64,000 nt of DNA, taken from contig JAOUFI010000003.1 in assembly GCA_029858305.1 (NCBI GenBank), forward strand, positions 38,662-102,661, given 5' to 3'. Shown here piece after piece: positions 1 to 10,404 of this stretch. A program made the position numbers and the translations under genes. Below the pieces are notes generated by a model, which saw only the letters and a list, made by a program, of their open reading frames with translations, did not search any database and was not told the origin of the DNA. Each line of letters begins with the position of its first letter. The first letter of the stretch is position 1. Source of the stretch: Candidatus Thorarchaeota archaeon. GTDB taxonomy: Archaea; Asgardarchaeota; Thorarchaeia; Thorarchaeales; Thorarchaeaceae.

Positions 1-1
1 A

Positions 2-346
2 CCCACAGCCTACTTTTCCTTCTAAATGAAGAAATCTACCTGTTCGGTCTATTAAATTCTTCAAAGGTGTAGCTACAGAAGCGAAATGGTCTGGAGAACC
101 AAAAATAATACCATCAGCAATTGCCATTCTTTCTGCAACCTGATTCAGATCATCATCTTGGACACATTTGCCGAGTGGAGTGCATTCGTTGCAATGTTTG
201 CATTCTCTGATATCAAGGCTTGCAAGGCCGATGAATTCAATCAATGCATCTTCCTTTCTTGCAGATTCAAGAGCAGTTTCAATGAGTGTTGATGTATTGC
301 TATTTGTTCTAGGGCTGCCAGAGATTCCAAGAATTCGTGTTTTCAA
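2..346 (-). CDS. Iron-sulfur flavoprotein / multimeric flavodoxin (WrbA/Isf family), 3' end truncated by window edge
   Basis: Not in the ORF track. Manual translation from TTG at 346 gives MKTRILGISGSPRTNSNT...CKHCNECTPLGKCVQDDD...ADGIIFGSPDHF...KNLIDR, i.e. the GSPR FMN loop plus the CxxCxxCx5C Isf motif. Frame is open to the window start. Confidence 0.85.
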   Translation of the reverse strand, partial: MKTRILGISGSPRTNSNTSTLIETALESARKEDALIEFIGLASLDIRECKHCNECTPLGKCVQDDDLNQVAERMAIADGIIFGSPDHFASVATPLKNLIDRTGRFLHLEGKVGCG

Positions 347-715
347 ATCAGGTACCTCGATGTTAAAGAATTCGGTTCAAAGGCGTACTTAATTGTTGTT
401 TTTTAATCCGTATATTGTTATTGAGTACGAAAAGTAACTATAGCAGGTTCTATGTGCAAAAAAAATTACATTCTGTAAAGAAATCATGAATGAAAACAGC
501 CATTATTGAAAGAAATGTGAAAATCGCCTTTTTGACCTTTGAGCGCTTCCGACTTTTAGTGGAAACTAAAAAATCAACCTTTGGAATAAGAGAAAGCTTC
601 TGGTTTCTTGGGATGGGGGAAATTGCCCATCTCGTCCTAATAAGGAGGTGCAAATTGACTTGGCGATGCTATTATTAGAGAGTCAGATAAATCTAAAAGA
701 AGTAGGGAAGCCACT

Positions 716-3316
716 TTGACCAAGCAAACTCCTATGCAGCGGCAGTATCTTCAGCTGAAGAGACAATACCCAGACTGCATACTAATGTTCCGTCTTGGCG
801 ATTTTTATGAGATGTTCAATGAAGATGCAAAAGTGGCTAGTAAAGCACTTGACATTGTTCTCACTGCACGAGGAGAAGGAGTCAATCGTTGGCCTTTATG
901 TGGAGTTCCCTATCATGCTGTAGATGGATACGTTGCCAAACTACTGCAACAAGGCTTTACCGTAGCCGTTGCAGAGCAGGTTGAAGATCCCTCACAGGCC
1001 AAGGGTCTTGTAAAAAGGGATGTTGTAAGAGTAATAACTCCAGGCACTGTTCTTGAGAGCTCTATGCTTGAAGATTCATCAAATAACTATCTGACAGCAA
1101 TGATCGAGGAGGGTGGTATCACAGGAGTTGCATCTGTCGATGTTTCCACCGGGGAATTCCTTGCAGCACAAATAGAAGGTTCTCTAGACAGCGAAGCAGT
1201 GATGAATGAGATTGGGAGGCTGGGGCCTTCTGAAATTTTGCTGCCTGATGGATTGGCGAAGTCAAGTATTTGCAAAGTTTTGCAAGAAACTGGGATTCAT
1301 ATAACATTAAGAAATGCTCTAGATTTCTCAGCATCGAATGCTGAAGATTTGCTTAAAGAGCAATATGGAGTTTCCATAATCGATGGCTTTGGAATTGCTG
1401 ACAAACAGATAGCTCTTGGAGCTGTTGGAGCTGTGCTTGTGTATCTACAAGACGTTCACAGAACAAGTAAGATCTCTCTCTCAGGACTCAGGACTTATAC
1501 TGTCGAAACCCACATGGTCGTAGATAGCCAGACCCAGAGAAATCTAGAGCTTATCAAAAACGCTAGAGATGGAACTCCGCGCGGCACACTTCTCAGTATA
1601 TTGTCAAAGACAGTCACACCTATGGGAAAACGCAAATTAAAACAATGGATTCTACAGCCACTAAGAGATGTTGCAGCAATTGAGATGAGATTGGATGCTG
1701 TTGAGGAGTTGGCACGAAACGCGCTTATTCGGCAAGGGATTGCAAGCAGCCTCAGAGATGTTGGAGACCTTGAGAGAGCAACAAGTAGAATTGTCTTTGG
1801 AACATCTAGTGCAAGAGATCTCCTCGGACTGAGAAATTCTCTATCCAGACTACCAGCGTCTAAAGAAGCTCTTGCATCATGTTCGAGTAAGATGATGAGG
1901 GATTCCGCGAATTCTATTGATCCCTTAACTGAGCTTCATCTCACGCTCAAAGAAGCCATTCTGGATGATCCTCCTGTCTCAGTTAGAGATGGTGGGATGA
2001 TTAAGAAAGGATTCAGTCGGGACCTTGATTCTTTGAAGGAAACAATTTCATCTGATAAAAAATGGATAGCATCGCTTCAAGAAACTGAGAGAAGAAGAAC
2101 AGGTATTAAATCGTTGAAGGTCGGATTCAATAAGGTCTTTGGTTACTACATTGAGATCACTCGTTCGAACCTCAACATGGTGCCTGAAGAATATGAGAGA
2201 AAACAGACGCTTGCCAATGCGGAGAGATTCATTACACCTGAGCTCAAGGAGAAGGAATCTGCAGTTCTCGCAGGAGAGGAGCGTATCAATAAACTCGAGT
2301 TTGAAATCTATGAGGAACTACGAGAAAGGGTTCGAGAGGCATCAGCTAAATTACGTCAGAATTCCAATGCAATAGCTATTACTGATGTCTTGGTATCTCT
2401 ATCTGAAGTTGCTGTAACGAGAAGATATTGCCGACCATCTCTTAAGACAGACACTCGGATTAAGATTGTAGATGGCAGGCATGCCTCACTAGAGGTGATG
2501 CTTGGTCCGAATGAGTTTGTGCCAAATAGTATTGAGATTGGTGATGGTGGTACTACGCTAATTATCATCACAGGTCCAAATATGGCTGGAAAATCAACTT
2601 GGATGAGGCAATGTGCCATCATCGTGCTCCTTGCACAGATGGGTTCCTTCGTACCCGCTAAGAGTGCTGAGGTAGGTCTCGTCGATAGGATTTTCACTCG
2701 AGTCGGAGCGTTCGATGACCTCACAGCGCGTCAGAGTACTTTCATGGTTGAAATGATAGAAACAGCGAATATACTCAATAATGCCACTGAGAAAAGCCTA
2801 GTCATCCTTGATGAGATAGGTCGAGGGACATCGACTTTTGATGGAATGGCTCTGGCTTGGGCAGTCGCTGAACGCATTATTCAAATGAGAACACGTACCC
2901 TCTTTGCTACTCACTTCCATCAACTCACCGATATGGCAGCACAGTTTCATGGTGTAAAGAATGTGCATACCTTAGCGAAAGAGTCAGGGGACACAATAAT
3001 ATTCATACATAGAGTTGTGGACGGTGGAACGGACAAGAGCTATGGAGTCCATGTTGCCGCTCTAGCAGGAGTTCCTGAATCGGTCGTGAAACGAGCTAGT
3101 CAAATCCTCCAGAAGATTGAGAAGGAGAACAGGCTCACTGTGAGAGATACTATCCCTGATTTTAAATCGACAGAACAGACTAGCTTAGAGTCCTTAGTTA
3201 TAGAGGACCCTCTTGTTGATAGAATAAGGCACATAGATCTTGATAGAACTACTCCAATCGATGCACTTATGCAATTGAGGGAGATACAAGAGGAAGCAAA
3301 GAAAAGAAAGGACTGA
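716..3316 (+). CDS. mutS: DNA mismatch repair protein MutS (MutS1, bacterial type)
   Basis: TPMQRQY..K; FRLGDFYEMF mismatch-binding GxFYE; Walker A GPNMAGKST; STFMVEM; DEIGRGTST; FATHFH; SYGVHVA. Confidence 0.97.
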   Translation: MTKQTPMQRQYLQLKRQYPDCILMFRLGDFYEMFNEDAKVASKALDIVLTARGEGVNRWPLCGVPYHAVDGYVAKLLQQGFTVAVAEQVEDPSQAKGLVKRDVVRVITPGTVLESSMLEDSSNNYLTAMIEEGGITGVASVDVSTGEFLAAQIEGSLDSEAVMNEIGRLGPSEILLPDGLAKSSICKVLQETGIHITLRNALDFSASNAEDLLKEQYGVSIIDGFGIADKQIALGAVGAVLVYLQDVHRTSKISLSGLRTYTVETHMVVDSQTQRNLELIKNARDGTPRGTLLSILSKTVTPMGKRKLKQWILQPLRDVAAIEMRLDAVEELARNALIRQGIASSLRDVGDLERATSRIVFGTSSARDLLGLRNSLSRLPASKEALASCSSKMMRDSANSIDPLTELHLTLKEAILDDPPVSVRDGGMIKKGFSRDLDSLKETISSDKKWIASLQETERRRTGIKSLKVGFNKVFGYYIEITRSNLNMVPEEYERKQTLANAERFITPELKEKESAVLAGEERINKLEFEIYEELRERVREASAKLRQNSNAIAITDVLVSLSEVAVTRRYCRPSLKTDTRIKIVDGRHASLEVMLGPNEFVPNSIEIGDGGTTLIIITGPNMAGKSTWMRQCAIIVLLAQMGSFVPAKSAEVGLVDRIFTRVGAFDDLTARQSTFMVEMIETANILNNATEKSLVILDEIGRGTSTFDGMALAWAVAERIIQMRTRTLFATHFHQLTDMAAQFHGVKNVHTLAKESGDTIIFIHRVVDGGTDKSYGVHVAALAGVPESVVKRASQILQKIEKENRLTVRDTIPDFKSTEQTSLESLVIEDPLVDRIRHIDLDRTTPIDALMQLREIQEEAKKRKD

Positions 3317-3354
3317 TTACTGTCTTTAATTGTAAATCACAAACCCATAATCCA

Positions 3355-4758
3355 TCAGCCAGTTTCTATGGCTTTCTTTGGAGCCCTTAGCTCTGCTTCA
3401 AGTTCTTCAATGTTCACTCTTGGTTCTATGCTCTTGGTCGCGAGTATTCCAAGTATAACAAAGTTGAGAATAATAGCTCCAAGTATTAGCGGGATACCTT
3501 CGTAATATGTATAGATGAAACCTGAAAAGATAGGTGCAATTGTACCAACAAGCAGGACTAGAAGCGTTGACAGCCCCAGCATCTTCCCTAAGTCTGCTCG
3601 CGGCAGGGATTTCTGGATATAGGCACCCATAGTGGTTGCCCAGAGATTGTCATTTGTCGATTTCATCGCCGTGGCAATGAACGCAAGCGAGAGAATTACT
3701 CCGAGACCGGGATAGATGCTATCAAGCGTGGCAACCCATTCCACTGGTGCAACATATTTTACATATTGTGCAATGATCAAGAGACCAAGTGCAAGAGGCA
3801 TCACAGAATACACTGCAATTGTAATTCTCTTTCCACCTTTCTTATCAAATGAACGTCCGAGTAGAAGTGTTAATGGTACAGACAATGCAAGGGTGATCAG
3901 CATCATGAGGAAAATCTGACCAATATTAAACTCCAGAGTTTCATTAACATAGAATAAGCTTGAGAAACCATACATGTTATCACTCAGGGCATCTATCATC
4001 ATAACTGCAACAAAGATAGGAAACACTCTAATCAGTAGTTTCAGGCCTCGCTTACTCTCTGAAATAAAATCCCTGATGATTGATGCGTTTCGATCCCTCT
4101 CTGGTATTGGGGTTGATTCCAACCATATCAACCGAATAATGGTAGTAGCTAGGAATCCAACTGCACCGATAAAAAAGATCGTTCGCATTATCTGAATAAA
4201 TGCCCATCCATTGTTGAACATTATACCCATGGCTAAGAGAGGACCTAGACCGAATAGAGCTCCCAGAGTGAAAAGACTGACCGCGACCCCTCCATATTTT
4301 CTATCGATGACTTGATAGATGTAAGCAGTACCCCCTTGACCTGTAAAGTTTGACGTTGCAAGTGTAAGGAGCCCCATTGCAACAATCTCGATTCGATCAG
4401 CAAATGAGAGAATGAGAAAACCAATCCCGTTTATCACCATGGTAATGATCGCGAGGTTTCTACGATTGTAGTTATCTGCAAGATAACTTGCAACCAGTGT
4501 CCCTATGAGCGTCACTATGGTCATTGAAGAAAAGAGAATACCTAGAATGAGGTAGGGGATTCCCAAGTCTCGAAGAAAGAGACTCAGGAAGTTCCAAACA
4601 ACATTTAGACTTGCCATTATCCAGTTTGTTATTATGAAGACTCTGAAGTTCTTGTTTGCCATCAGACTCCTGACTGAGTGACTCCAAGAATCATCGGCAA
4701 CTTGCTCAAGAGGTACTTGGGGAGTTACTGTAGTCACATCAATCGGGTCTTCGCTCAA
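3355..4758 (-). CDS. Major facilitator superfamily transporter
   Basis: About 12 hydrophobic helices; motif-A-like SYLADNYNRR and GRSFDKKGGKR. Confidence 0.8.
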   Translation of the reverse strand: MSEDPIDVTTVTPQVPLEQVADDSWSHSVRSLMANKNFRVFIITNWIMASLNVVWNFLSLFLRDLGIPYLILGILFSSMTIVTLIGTLVASYLADNYNRRNLAIITMVINGIGFLILSFADRIEIVAMGLLTLATSNFTGQGGTAYIYQVIDRKYGGVAVSLFTLGALFGLGPLLAMGIMFNNGWAFIQIMRTIFFIGAVGFLATTIIRLIWLESTPIPERDRNASIIRDFISESKRGLKLLIRVFPIFVAVMMIDALSDNMYGFSSLFYVNETLEFNIGQIFLMMLITLALSVPLTLLLGRSFDKKGGKRITIAVYSVMPLALGLLIIAQYVKYVAPVEWVATLDSIYPGLGVILSLAFIATAMKSTNDNLWATTMGAYIQKSLPRADLGKMLGLSTLLVLLVGTIAPIFSGFIYTYYEGIPLILGAIILNFVILGILATKSIEPRVNIEELEAELRAPKKAIETG

Positions 4759-4876
4759 AAGATTTCATTCTTCCATGGTGGCTGTTTTCTTGCTTAAGAT
4801 AATCAAATTGACTTATGCAAGTTTAATGAATATGATGATGAAGGCATCGAGATGAGTGCGAAATACACAGAATCGT

Positions 4877-6019
4877 TTATTTTGCCGAAAGAATTTCATG
4901 TGCTTTCTTTAGTTGCTCTATAATGTCAATACCTTGTGGACACTTCTCTAAGCACTCTCCACATTCTTCACACGCAGAAGCATCCTTTCCTTGAGCCCAT
5001 GGAGTTTTGCCAATCGTTGAATAATAGGATTTTGCCTTTGCCTGATCCCCATAGATCTGATAGCGTTGCAACGATTCAAAAATGAAGTTGATATTGACTT
5101 CATTTGGACAAGGTTGACAATACTTGCATTGAGTACAGACAAGGTCACACAACTCTTTGAATCTCTTTGCAATACCGTCAATTGATTTCTTTTCTGTCTT
5201 AGTTAGTACATTATAATCAGCACTCGAAGTGATGCTTAGGTTATCATTCAGCATATCGCCAGAGCCCATTCCTGATAGTGCAACTGAAACATTCGGATTA
5301 CTCAGAACAAACTTGAACGCCAAATCCACGTAATTCTCGCGTCCGGGTGTCAGCCACTCCTTCATTTCTTCTGGCAGATTTTTTCCTGCAAGACGCCCAC
5401 CACCTACAGATCCCATAGTCGCTACAGCTAGACCTTTTCTACCTGCATAATTGATCATCTCATGATTGACTTGGTCCACTATATTGTATTGCACAAGCAT
5501 TAGCTCAAAATACCCAGAGTCAATAATTTCTTTTAGAACTTCAGGCGTATCATGGAAGGAGAATCCTAGATGCTTTATTTTTCCATCCTCTTTTGCCTTC
5601 ATGGCGCGTTCCAGTAAATTGAGTCCCAGCACCTTCTCTTCAAACGTCTTTTTATTTAAGGCATGAAACAAATAGAAATCCACGCTCTCTTCATCTAATC
5701 GTTGAAGCTGTTCATCCAGATACTGATCAAAGTGCTCCTGCTTTGTGAACTCCTGCCGACCTACAGGGCATTTAGTTACCAGCGTGACACGTTCGCGATA
5801 CCCATCTTTTAATGCCATTCCCAAGACTACTTCGCTTTCACCACCGTGATAGGTCCAAGCAGTATCCACATACGTAATACCATTGTCAATTCCTTTTCGA
5901 ATTAGCTTAATAGCTTCTAGTCTATTGATTTTACCATCTTCAGTTATTGGAAGACGCATACAACCAAATCCAAGTGCTGATACTTTAGTTCCTAGTTTTC
6001 CCAGCATTCTATATTGCAT
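4877..6019 (-). CDS. Aldo/keto reductase family oxidoreductase with C-terminal 4Fe-4S domain
   Basis: LGFGCMRLP, YVDTAWTYH..SE, TK, GFSFHD; C-terminal CTQCKYCQPCP and CEECGECLEKCPQ. Confidence 0.9.
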   Translation of the reverse strand: MQYRMLGKLGTKVSALGFGCMRLPITEDGKINRLEAIKLIRKGIDNGITYVDTAWTYHGGESEVVLGMALKDGYRERVTLVTKCPVGRQEFTKQEHFDQYLDEQLQRLDEESVDFYLFHALNKKTFEEKVLGLNLLERAMKAKEDGKIKHLGFSFHDTPEVLKEIIDSGYFELMLVQYNIVDQVNHEMINYAGRKGLAVATMGSVGGGRLAGKNLPEEMKEWLTPGRENYVDLAFKFVLSNPNVSVALSGMGSGDMLNDNLSITSSADYNVLTKTEKKSIDGIAKRFKELCDLVCTQCKYCQPCPNEVNINFIFESLQRYQIYGDQAKAKSYYSTIGKTPWAQGKDASACEECGECLEKCPQGIDIIEQLKKAHEILSAK

Positions 6020-6278
6020 GTTTTTTCAACTCGCGAGATGTTTTTGCTATGCAACTTGCGCTTGTTAAATTCACGGTTTCTCGTGAGAGTTCATAATAAA
6101 CCCATCAAGATGTGAATTGAATTCAATTGCAAAAGAAGTCATTATCCAAACATCGAGCACCTCTTTTTAATTCTTGCCTGGACTGTTTCACAATACACAA
6201 TAAATGAAAACCAACAGATTTTATTTAGAGTAGGATATGAGTTGGATACCAAATCATCTGAGAAACACCTAATTTGGA

Positions 6279-6878
6279 ATGAGCTGCTTAGAATGGTTTG
6301 GTCATTGGAGGATTGAAAACGTGAGTCCTATAGAGATTCTTAGTGTGTTAGGCGCCTCTTTTCTCCTCTTCCGAATCTGGCTTGTTGAAATGAAGTTGCC
6401 TGATGAACTCCAATTTAGACGTAGATACTTCAGTCGTTTTTTCTCATATTATACAGGTTTCGCTCTCGTTTTTGGGCTTAGTTTCTATCCGTTTAATGTG
6501 ATGGTAATGATCGCCTTCCCAATTATACTTGTGACATCTATTTGGGACATCAACTTCTACCGCAGGTTCAAGACTCAGACATATTGGACCAAAAACCGTG
6601 CTTGGGTGTTAATTGAAAGACTCACTTTACACCCTCCTGTAGTCATAGTAGCTTTATTCATGATTTTTAATGATGCAAGAAATTACATCCAGCCCCCCAA
6701 TCTCCTCATGATGATAGTAAGTGCTCTTATCCTCTTTCTTCCATTCTTCCTACTTGATGCACGGTGGACACGACGTTACAAATGGCCTGAGGCTGTAATT
6801 GTAATTGGACTAATGGTCGCATCTGGTGCATCGTTACTACTTGCAGAAGCAATTCTTTGGGGTGTTCCATTTTGGTAG
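6279..6878 (+). CDS. Hypothetical multi-pass membrane protein (likely start GTG 6321)
   Basis: About 6 TM segments; GGAGGA upstream of GTG 6321; stop overlaps the start region of the next ORF. Confidence 0.6.
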   Translation: MSCLEWFGHWRIENVSPIEILSVLGASFLLFRIWLVEMKLPDELQFRRRYFSRFFSYYTGFALVFGLSFYPFNVMVMIAFPIILVTSIWDINFYRRFKTQTYWTKNRAWVLIERLTLHPPVVIVALFMIFNDARNYIQPPNLLMMIVSALILFLPFFLLDARWTRRYKWPEAVIVIGLMVASGASLLLAEAILWGVPFW

Positions 6879-8158
6879 CTGAAAGCCAAAAGACATCTGA
6901 TTCATTCTTGGAATACTTCAAGAAATCTCGGCTACTCAAAATTGGCCTTGCTTTCAATCTCATTTACTTTGTTGGTGCAATTTTTGGTTTGATTTACTTT
7001 TTCTTTGAGGGAACAGTTCTTGAAACTGTCTATACTGTAGACTTTCGTGTTTTCTATGAGGCTGGCCAAGTATTCATAAGCTCTCCAAGCGAAATCTACT
7101 CCGTTAATCCAAATGGATTGCCATTCAGATACTTCCCCTCATTTGCCGCATATATGGCTATATTCACAGGTATTCCATTACTAACACTCTACTTGATCAA
7201 CATCACGCTGATGATGATTTGTAATCTGGGCATAGTCTATTTTGTATATCAAGTGAGCCAACAAAAGGGAGTATCCACTTCCACAAAGAATTTTGAAAGA
7301 ACACTTCTCTTTGTTTTCATTGCACCTCAGCACATTGTCAATATCATGTTTGGACAAATCACACAGCTGGCTATACTTCTAGCATTGATCGTGCTGTTTC
7401 TATTGCAGTCTTCAAATCATGACTCGCTGGGGTGGTTTTTTGTTACAGGTATACTAATCGGACTAGCAGCAACCCTCAAACCTTTCTTTCTAGTATTCAT
7501 TCCTTTTATGGTTCCAATAACTGCAATGGACAGGGTACGTTTCAGTGTAGCTTTTAGACAATTAGTTGGAGTAGCTCTTGGATTCATGCTAGTAATGCTT
7601 CCAAATATTGTGTATTTCTTCACATACCCTTCCGCATTGGATGGTTTCATCAGAGTGAATCTTTTTGAAGATCTAACTGGTCAACACAGCACAAGCATTA
7701 CCAAACTAGTAATAGCCTTTGTACCATTCTCTGACACGAATCTATTACAAATTATTATTATTCTAATTTTAGGTGGGTTCCTATTCTTCAGAAGTTATGT
7801 CCGGTTTGTCAAGACTCCTCCCAATCAGAAAGATTATCTAAGACACTTTGTAGAGATGACATTTCTCATTCTTCTTGTCTATCCCGATTCATGGTTTCTC
7901 TTTCTTGCTATTTGGTATGCATTCTTGGCGCCATCAATGCTTCATCTATATAATTCTGATTCAGTTTCAGAAATGAATTTGCGGAAACTAGATTATCTAT
8001 GGTCAGGTGCAAACAATTTACTAGCTTTCTTTTCTATTGGGATTATTCTACATTACCTAATACTCGGATTTGACCCAATTATCCCAATATGGCTGACAAT
8101 CCTATTCATTCTATATGACCGTATCTCACAATTAGATACTATTTCTACAACTTCATAA
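6857..8158 (+). CDS. GT-C fold membrane glycosyltransferase, GT87/DUF2029 family (alpha-mannosyltransferase-like)
   Basis: DFRVFYEAG, PFRYFPSFA, GQIT, GLAATLKPF motifs typical of DUF2029; polytopic. Confidence 0.75.
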   Translation: MGCSILVAESQKTSDSFLEYFKKSRLLKIGLAFNLIYFVGAIFGLIYFFFEGTVLETVYTVDFRVFYEAGQVFISSPSEIYSVNPNGLPFRYFPSFAAYMAIFTGIPLLTLYLINITLMMICNLGIVYFVYQVSQQKGVSTSTKNFERTLLFVFIAPQHIVNIMFGQITQLAILLALIVLFLLQSSNHDSLGWFFVTGILIGLAATLKPFFLVFIPFMVPITAMDRVRFSVAFRQLVGVALGFMLVMLPNIVYFFTYPSALDGFIRVNLFEDLTGQHSTSITKLVIAFVPFSDTNLLQIIIILILGGFLFFRSYVRFVKTPPNQKDYLRHFVEMTFLILLVYPDSWFLFLAIWYAFLAPSMLHLYNSDSVSEMNLRKLDYLWSGANNLLAFFSIGIILHYLILGFDPIIPIWLTILFILYDRISQLDTISTTS

Positions 8159-8210
8159 TTGGCATACCGTATGATTCTTATCAAAGAATAGCGGATAATC
8201 TACGATTGTT

Positions 8211-9032
8211 ATGACCGAAGACATAAGCTTGGAGAACTCGTCTGGCTCACCGATTTCTTTTTCATATTTGAAAAAATTCAATATCTATGCCGGTGTTCTT
8301 CATCTAATAACTGGAATACTCATGCTATTCTTGGGTTTAAATTTGGAGTGGGAGCAGGATGTTTATGCCTTCTATCTCGATTTTCAAATACTTCCTGTTG
8401 ATCCATTCTTCGTAGTGCAACCGACACCTGTTGTCATATTCACACTTTCATACATCGGAGTGATTCTGGCATCATTCCCGTTAATGTCAGCTCTAGCTCA
8501 TTTCTTAATCGCGTTTCCACTGAAAGACAAGTATGTGGCAAATCTCCAGAAAGGTATGAACCCATACAGATGGTATGAGTATGCAGTATCAAGCTCAGTG
8601 ATGATTTTCCTGATCACATTCCTCTTGGGAATTTGGGATATATGGTCACTTGTGATGATTGTTGTTCTGAATGCTATGATGATTATGTTCGGATATCTAA
8701 TGGAGTATGTTAATCAGTATACAGAGAAAACTACCTGGAAACCTTTCATATTAGGATGCATTTCTGGTGGAACACCTTGGGTTGTCTTATTCGGATATTT
8801 CGCGGCCGCAATTAGTGCTGCAGAAACCAATCCTCCAACCTTTGTGTACATTATCATATTCATGTACCTAATCCTCTTCAACATCTTTGCACTGAATCAA
8901 TTCCTGCAATACAAACGAGTCAGTAAATGGAAAGACTATCTCTATGGAGAACGAATGTACATTATTCTAAGCTTGATTGCGAAAACTCTACTTGCATGGA
9001 TTGTTTTTGCTGGAATATTTGCACCATTCTAA
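8211..9032 (+). CDS. heR: Heliorhodopsin
   Basis: 7 TM; GVLHLITG and SALAHF histidines; NPYRWYEYAVSSSVM with counterion Glu; YLYGERMYIILSLIAKTLLAW with retinal-binding Lys. Confidence 0.93.
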   Translation: MTEDISLENSSGSPISFSYLKKFNIYAGVLHLITGILMLFLGLNLEWEQDVYAFYLDFQILPVDPFFVVQPTPVVIFTLSYIGVILASFPLMSALAHFLIAFPLKDKYVANLQKGMNPYRWYEYAVSSSVMIFLITFLLGIWDIWSLVMIVVLNAMMIMFGYLMEYVNQYTEKTTWKPFILGCISGGTPWVVLFGYFAAAISAAETNPPTFVYIIIFMYLILFNIFALNQFLQYKRVSKWKDYLYGERMYIILSLIAKTLLAWIVFAGIFAPF

Positions 9033-9287
9033 TAAGATTAAACCAAAAGAGAGTATAATTGATTGAATCAGCAGCATTATACTCTCATTCCATTTCTTAT
9101 TTGACTGATTACGATTTGACTTGCTTACATTTTAGTATATTGAACTCATTATTCCTATCGAACATATTTGAAGTATTTTGAACCTTTAAATTACAAATAG
9201 AGCGTTATGAGCAGATATTAAAATTTAGATTTTTATGTTACGAAATCTTGCTTATTAATAATAAAATATTGTTAATTTTGTGATTCA

Positions 9288-10343
9288 ATGATGAAGTACG
9301 CTATTCTTAACAAAGCGCTTCTTGGAATGGTACTACTATTGCTGGTATCATCCATAGTGGTTGTCAGTGCAACAACAACAACTGAGGATGAAACCACAGA
9401 GACTGAAACCACGACAGAAGACGAAACTACAACCTCTATCAACGATGATGATTCCAATGACCGTGAAGTGACCGTCATGACGACATCTACACATGCTGAA
9501 ATTGAATCAAAGCTTGAATCAGGAGGTACTGAAGACTCCTTCAAGATCGAAGTCGATGTTGGTGTTAACGGCGTTGAGTTCAAAATCGCATTTGAAGCTG
9601 AAACGGCAACAAATGAAACCGAAAGAGAGTTTGAGGTCGATTTCAGCCAGCTAGTTGAGTTCATTGATGAGAACAGCAATGGTGTCTATGATGATTCAGT
9701 AGATACTGATGTTCAGACACTAGAGCTGAATAGTTTTGAACCAATCGCATACACGACTGAGAACATTTCAGGGATCACCGTACATGTGTTTGATGTTTCA
9801 ACTACCGATGGCATCTTTGGTGCAAGGATTTATGCGACTGGAGATTTCACCAATATCAACGGCAGTCTCATTGCTCCTACTCAGGTGAAGATTGATGTGT
9901 TCATTCACGACTTCAATTTCACAGACGTGGATTCACAGCTCGCCTTGAAGGTGGAACTCAGTAGTGAGTTGGAAACCTCTTTCAATGACCAGACCGAGGA
10001 TGAAGAGGATGGGAGAGCCACCGATGAAGCAGCAGTTGACATTCTCATGACAGACACCAATGGTTTCTTCTCTTGGAAGGAATCTGCTGAAATCGATGGA
10101 ATCGCCCATCAGGTCAACTCTAGCATTCATGAAGTCTCAGCAACAGAACAAGAAATCTATCTGAACTACCCACAGGGTAGCGAGATAGTTCATGATCCTA
10201 AGATTGGTTTTGAGAATCTCCTTATCATGGGGGGGAATCCCTTGCCAATTGCGGACTTCATTGCTGACAACTTGCTTCCTATCTCCATTGGCCTTGCTAT
10301 TGTCGTTATTGGATTAGTTGTAGTGGCTAAGCGAAGGTCGTAG
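9288..10343 (+). CDS. Acidic secreted / cell-surface protein with C-terminal membrane anchor
   Basis: Signal peptide, T/E-rich repeat (TTTEDETT twice), D/E-rich beta-strand body, C-terminal TM + KRRS. Confidence 0.75.
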   Translation: MMKYAILNKALLGMVLLLLVSSIVVVSATTTTEDETTETETTTEDETTTSINDDDSNDREVTVMTTSTHAEIESKLESGGTEDSFKIEVDVGVNGVEFKIAFEAETATNETEREFEVDFSQLVEFIDENSNGVYDDSVDTDVQTLELNSFEPIAYTTENISGITVHVFDVSTTDGIFGARIYATGDFTNINGSLIAPTQVKIDVFIHDFNFTDVDSQLALKVELSSELETSFNDQTEDEEDGRATDEAAVDILMTDTNGFFSWKESAEIDGIAHQVNSSIHEVSATEQEIYLNYPQGSEIVHDPKIGFENLLIMGGNPLPIADFIADNLLPISIGLAIVVIGLVVVAKRRS

Positions 10344-10361
10344 TTTAATCATCGTGGATAT

Positions 10362-10396
10362 GGAGAAGAGATAGAATCTCTTCTCCTAATTTTTTC
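10362..10396 (+). terminator. Hairpin + T-tract terminator between convergent genes
   Basis: GGAGAAGAGAT-AGA-ATCTCTTCTCC perfect 11-bp inverted repeat followed by TAATTTTTTT. Confidence 0.6.
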
Positions 10397-10404
10397 TATA
10401 AAGC

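Noticed and set aside
86-678. Short ORFs 86..292, 168..392, 450..653, 490..678
   Set aside because: The first two are antisense to the clear flavodoxin CDS; the others are motif-less overlapping ORFs in the AT-rich divergent promoter region
4835-4875. ATGATGA followed by GGCATCGAG (complementary with one G-U to 23S CUCGAUGUC) as a C/D guide
   Set aside because: Only a degenerate ATGA D-like box, no convincing C'/D pair or terminal stem; a 9-nt match can be chance
9370-9432. Repeat ACAACTGAGGATGAAACCACA / ACGACAGAAGACGAAACTACA as a CRISPR or DNA repeat
   Set aside because: It is a protein-level TTEDETT duplication inside a CDS, with synonymous divergence
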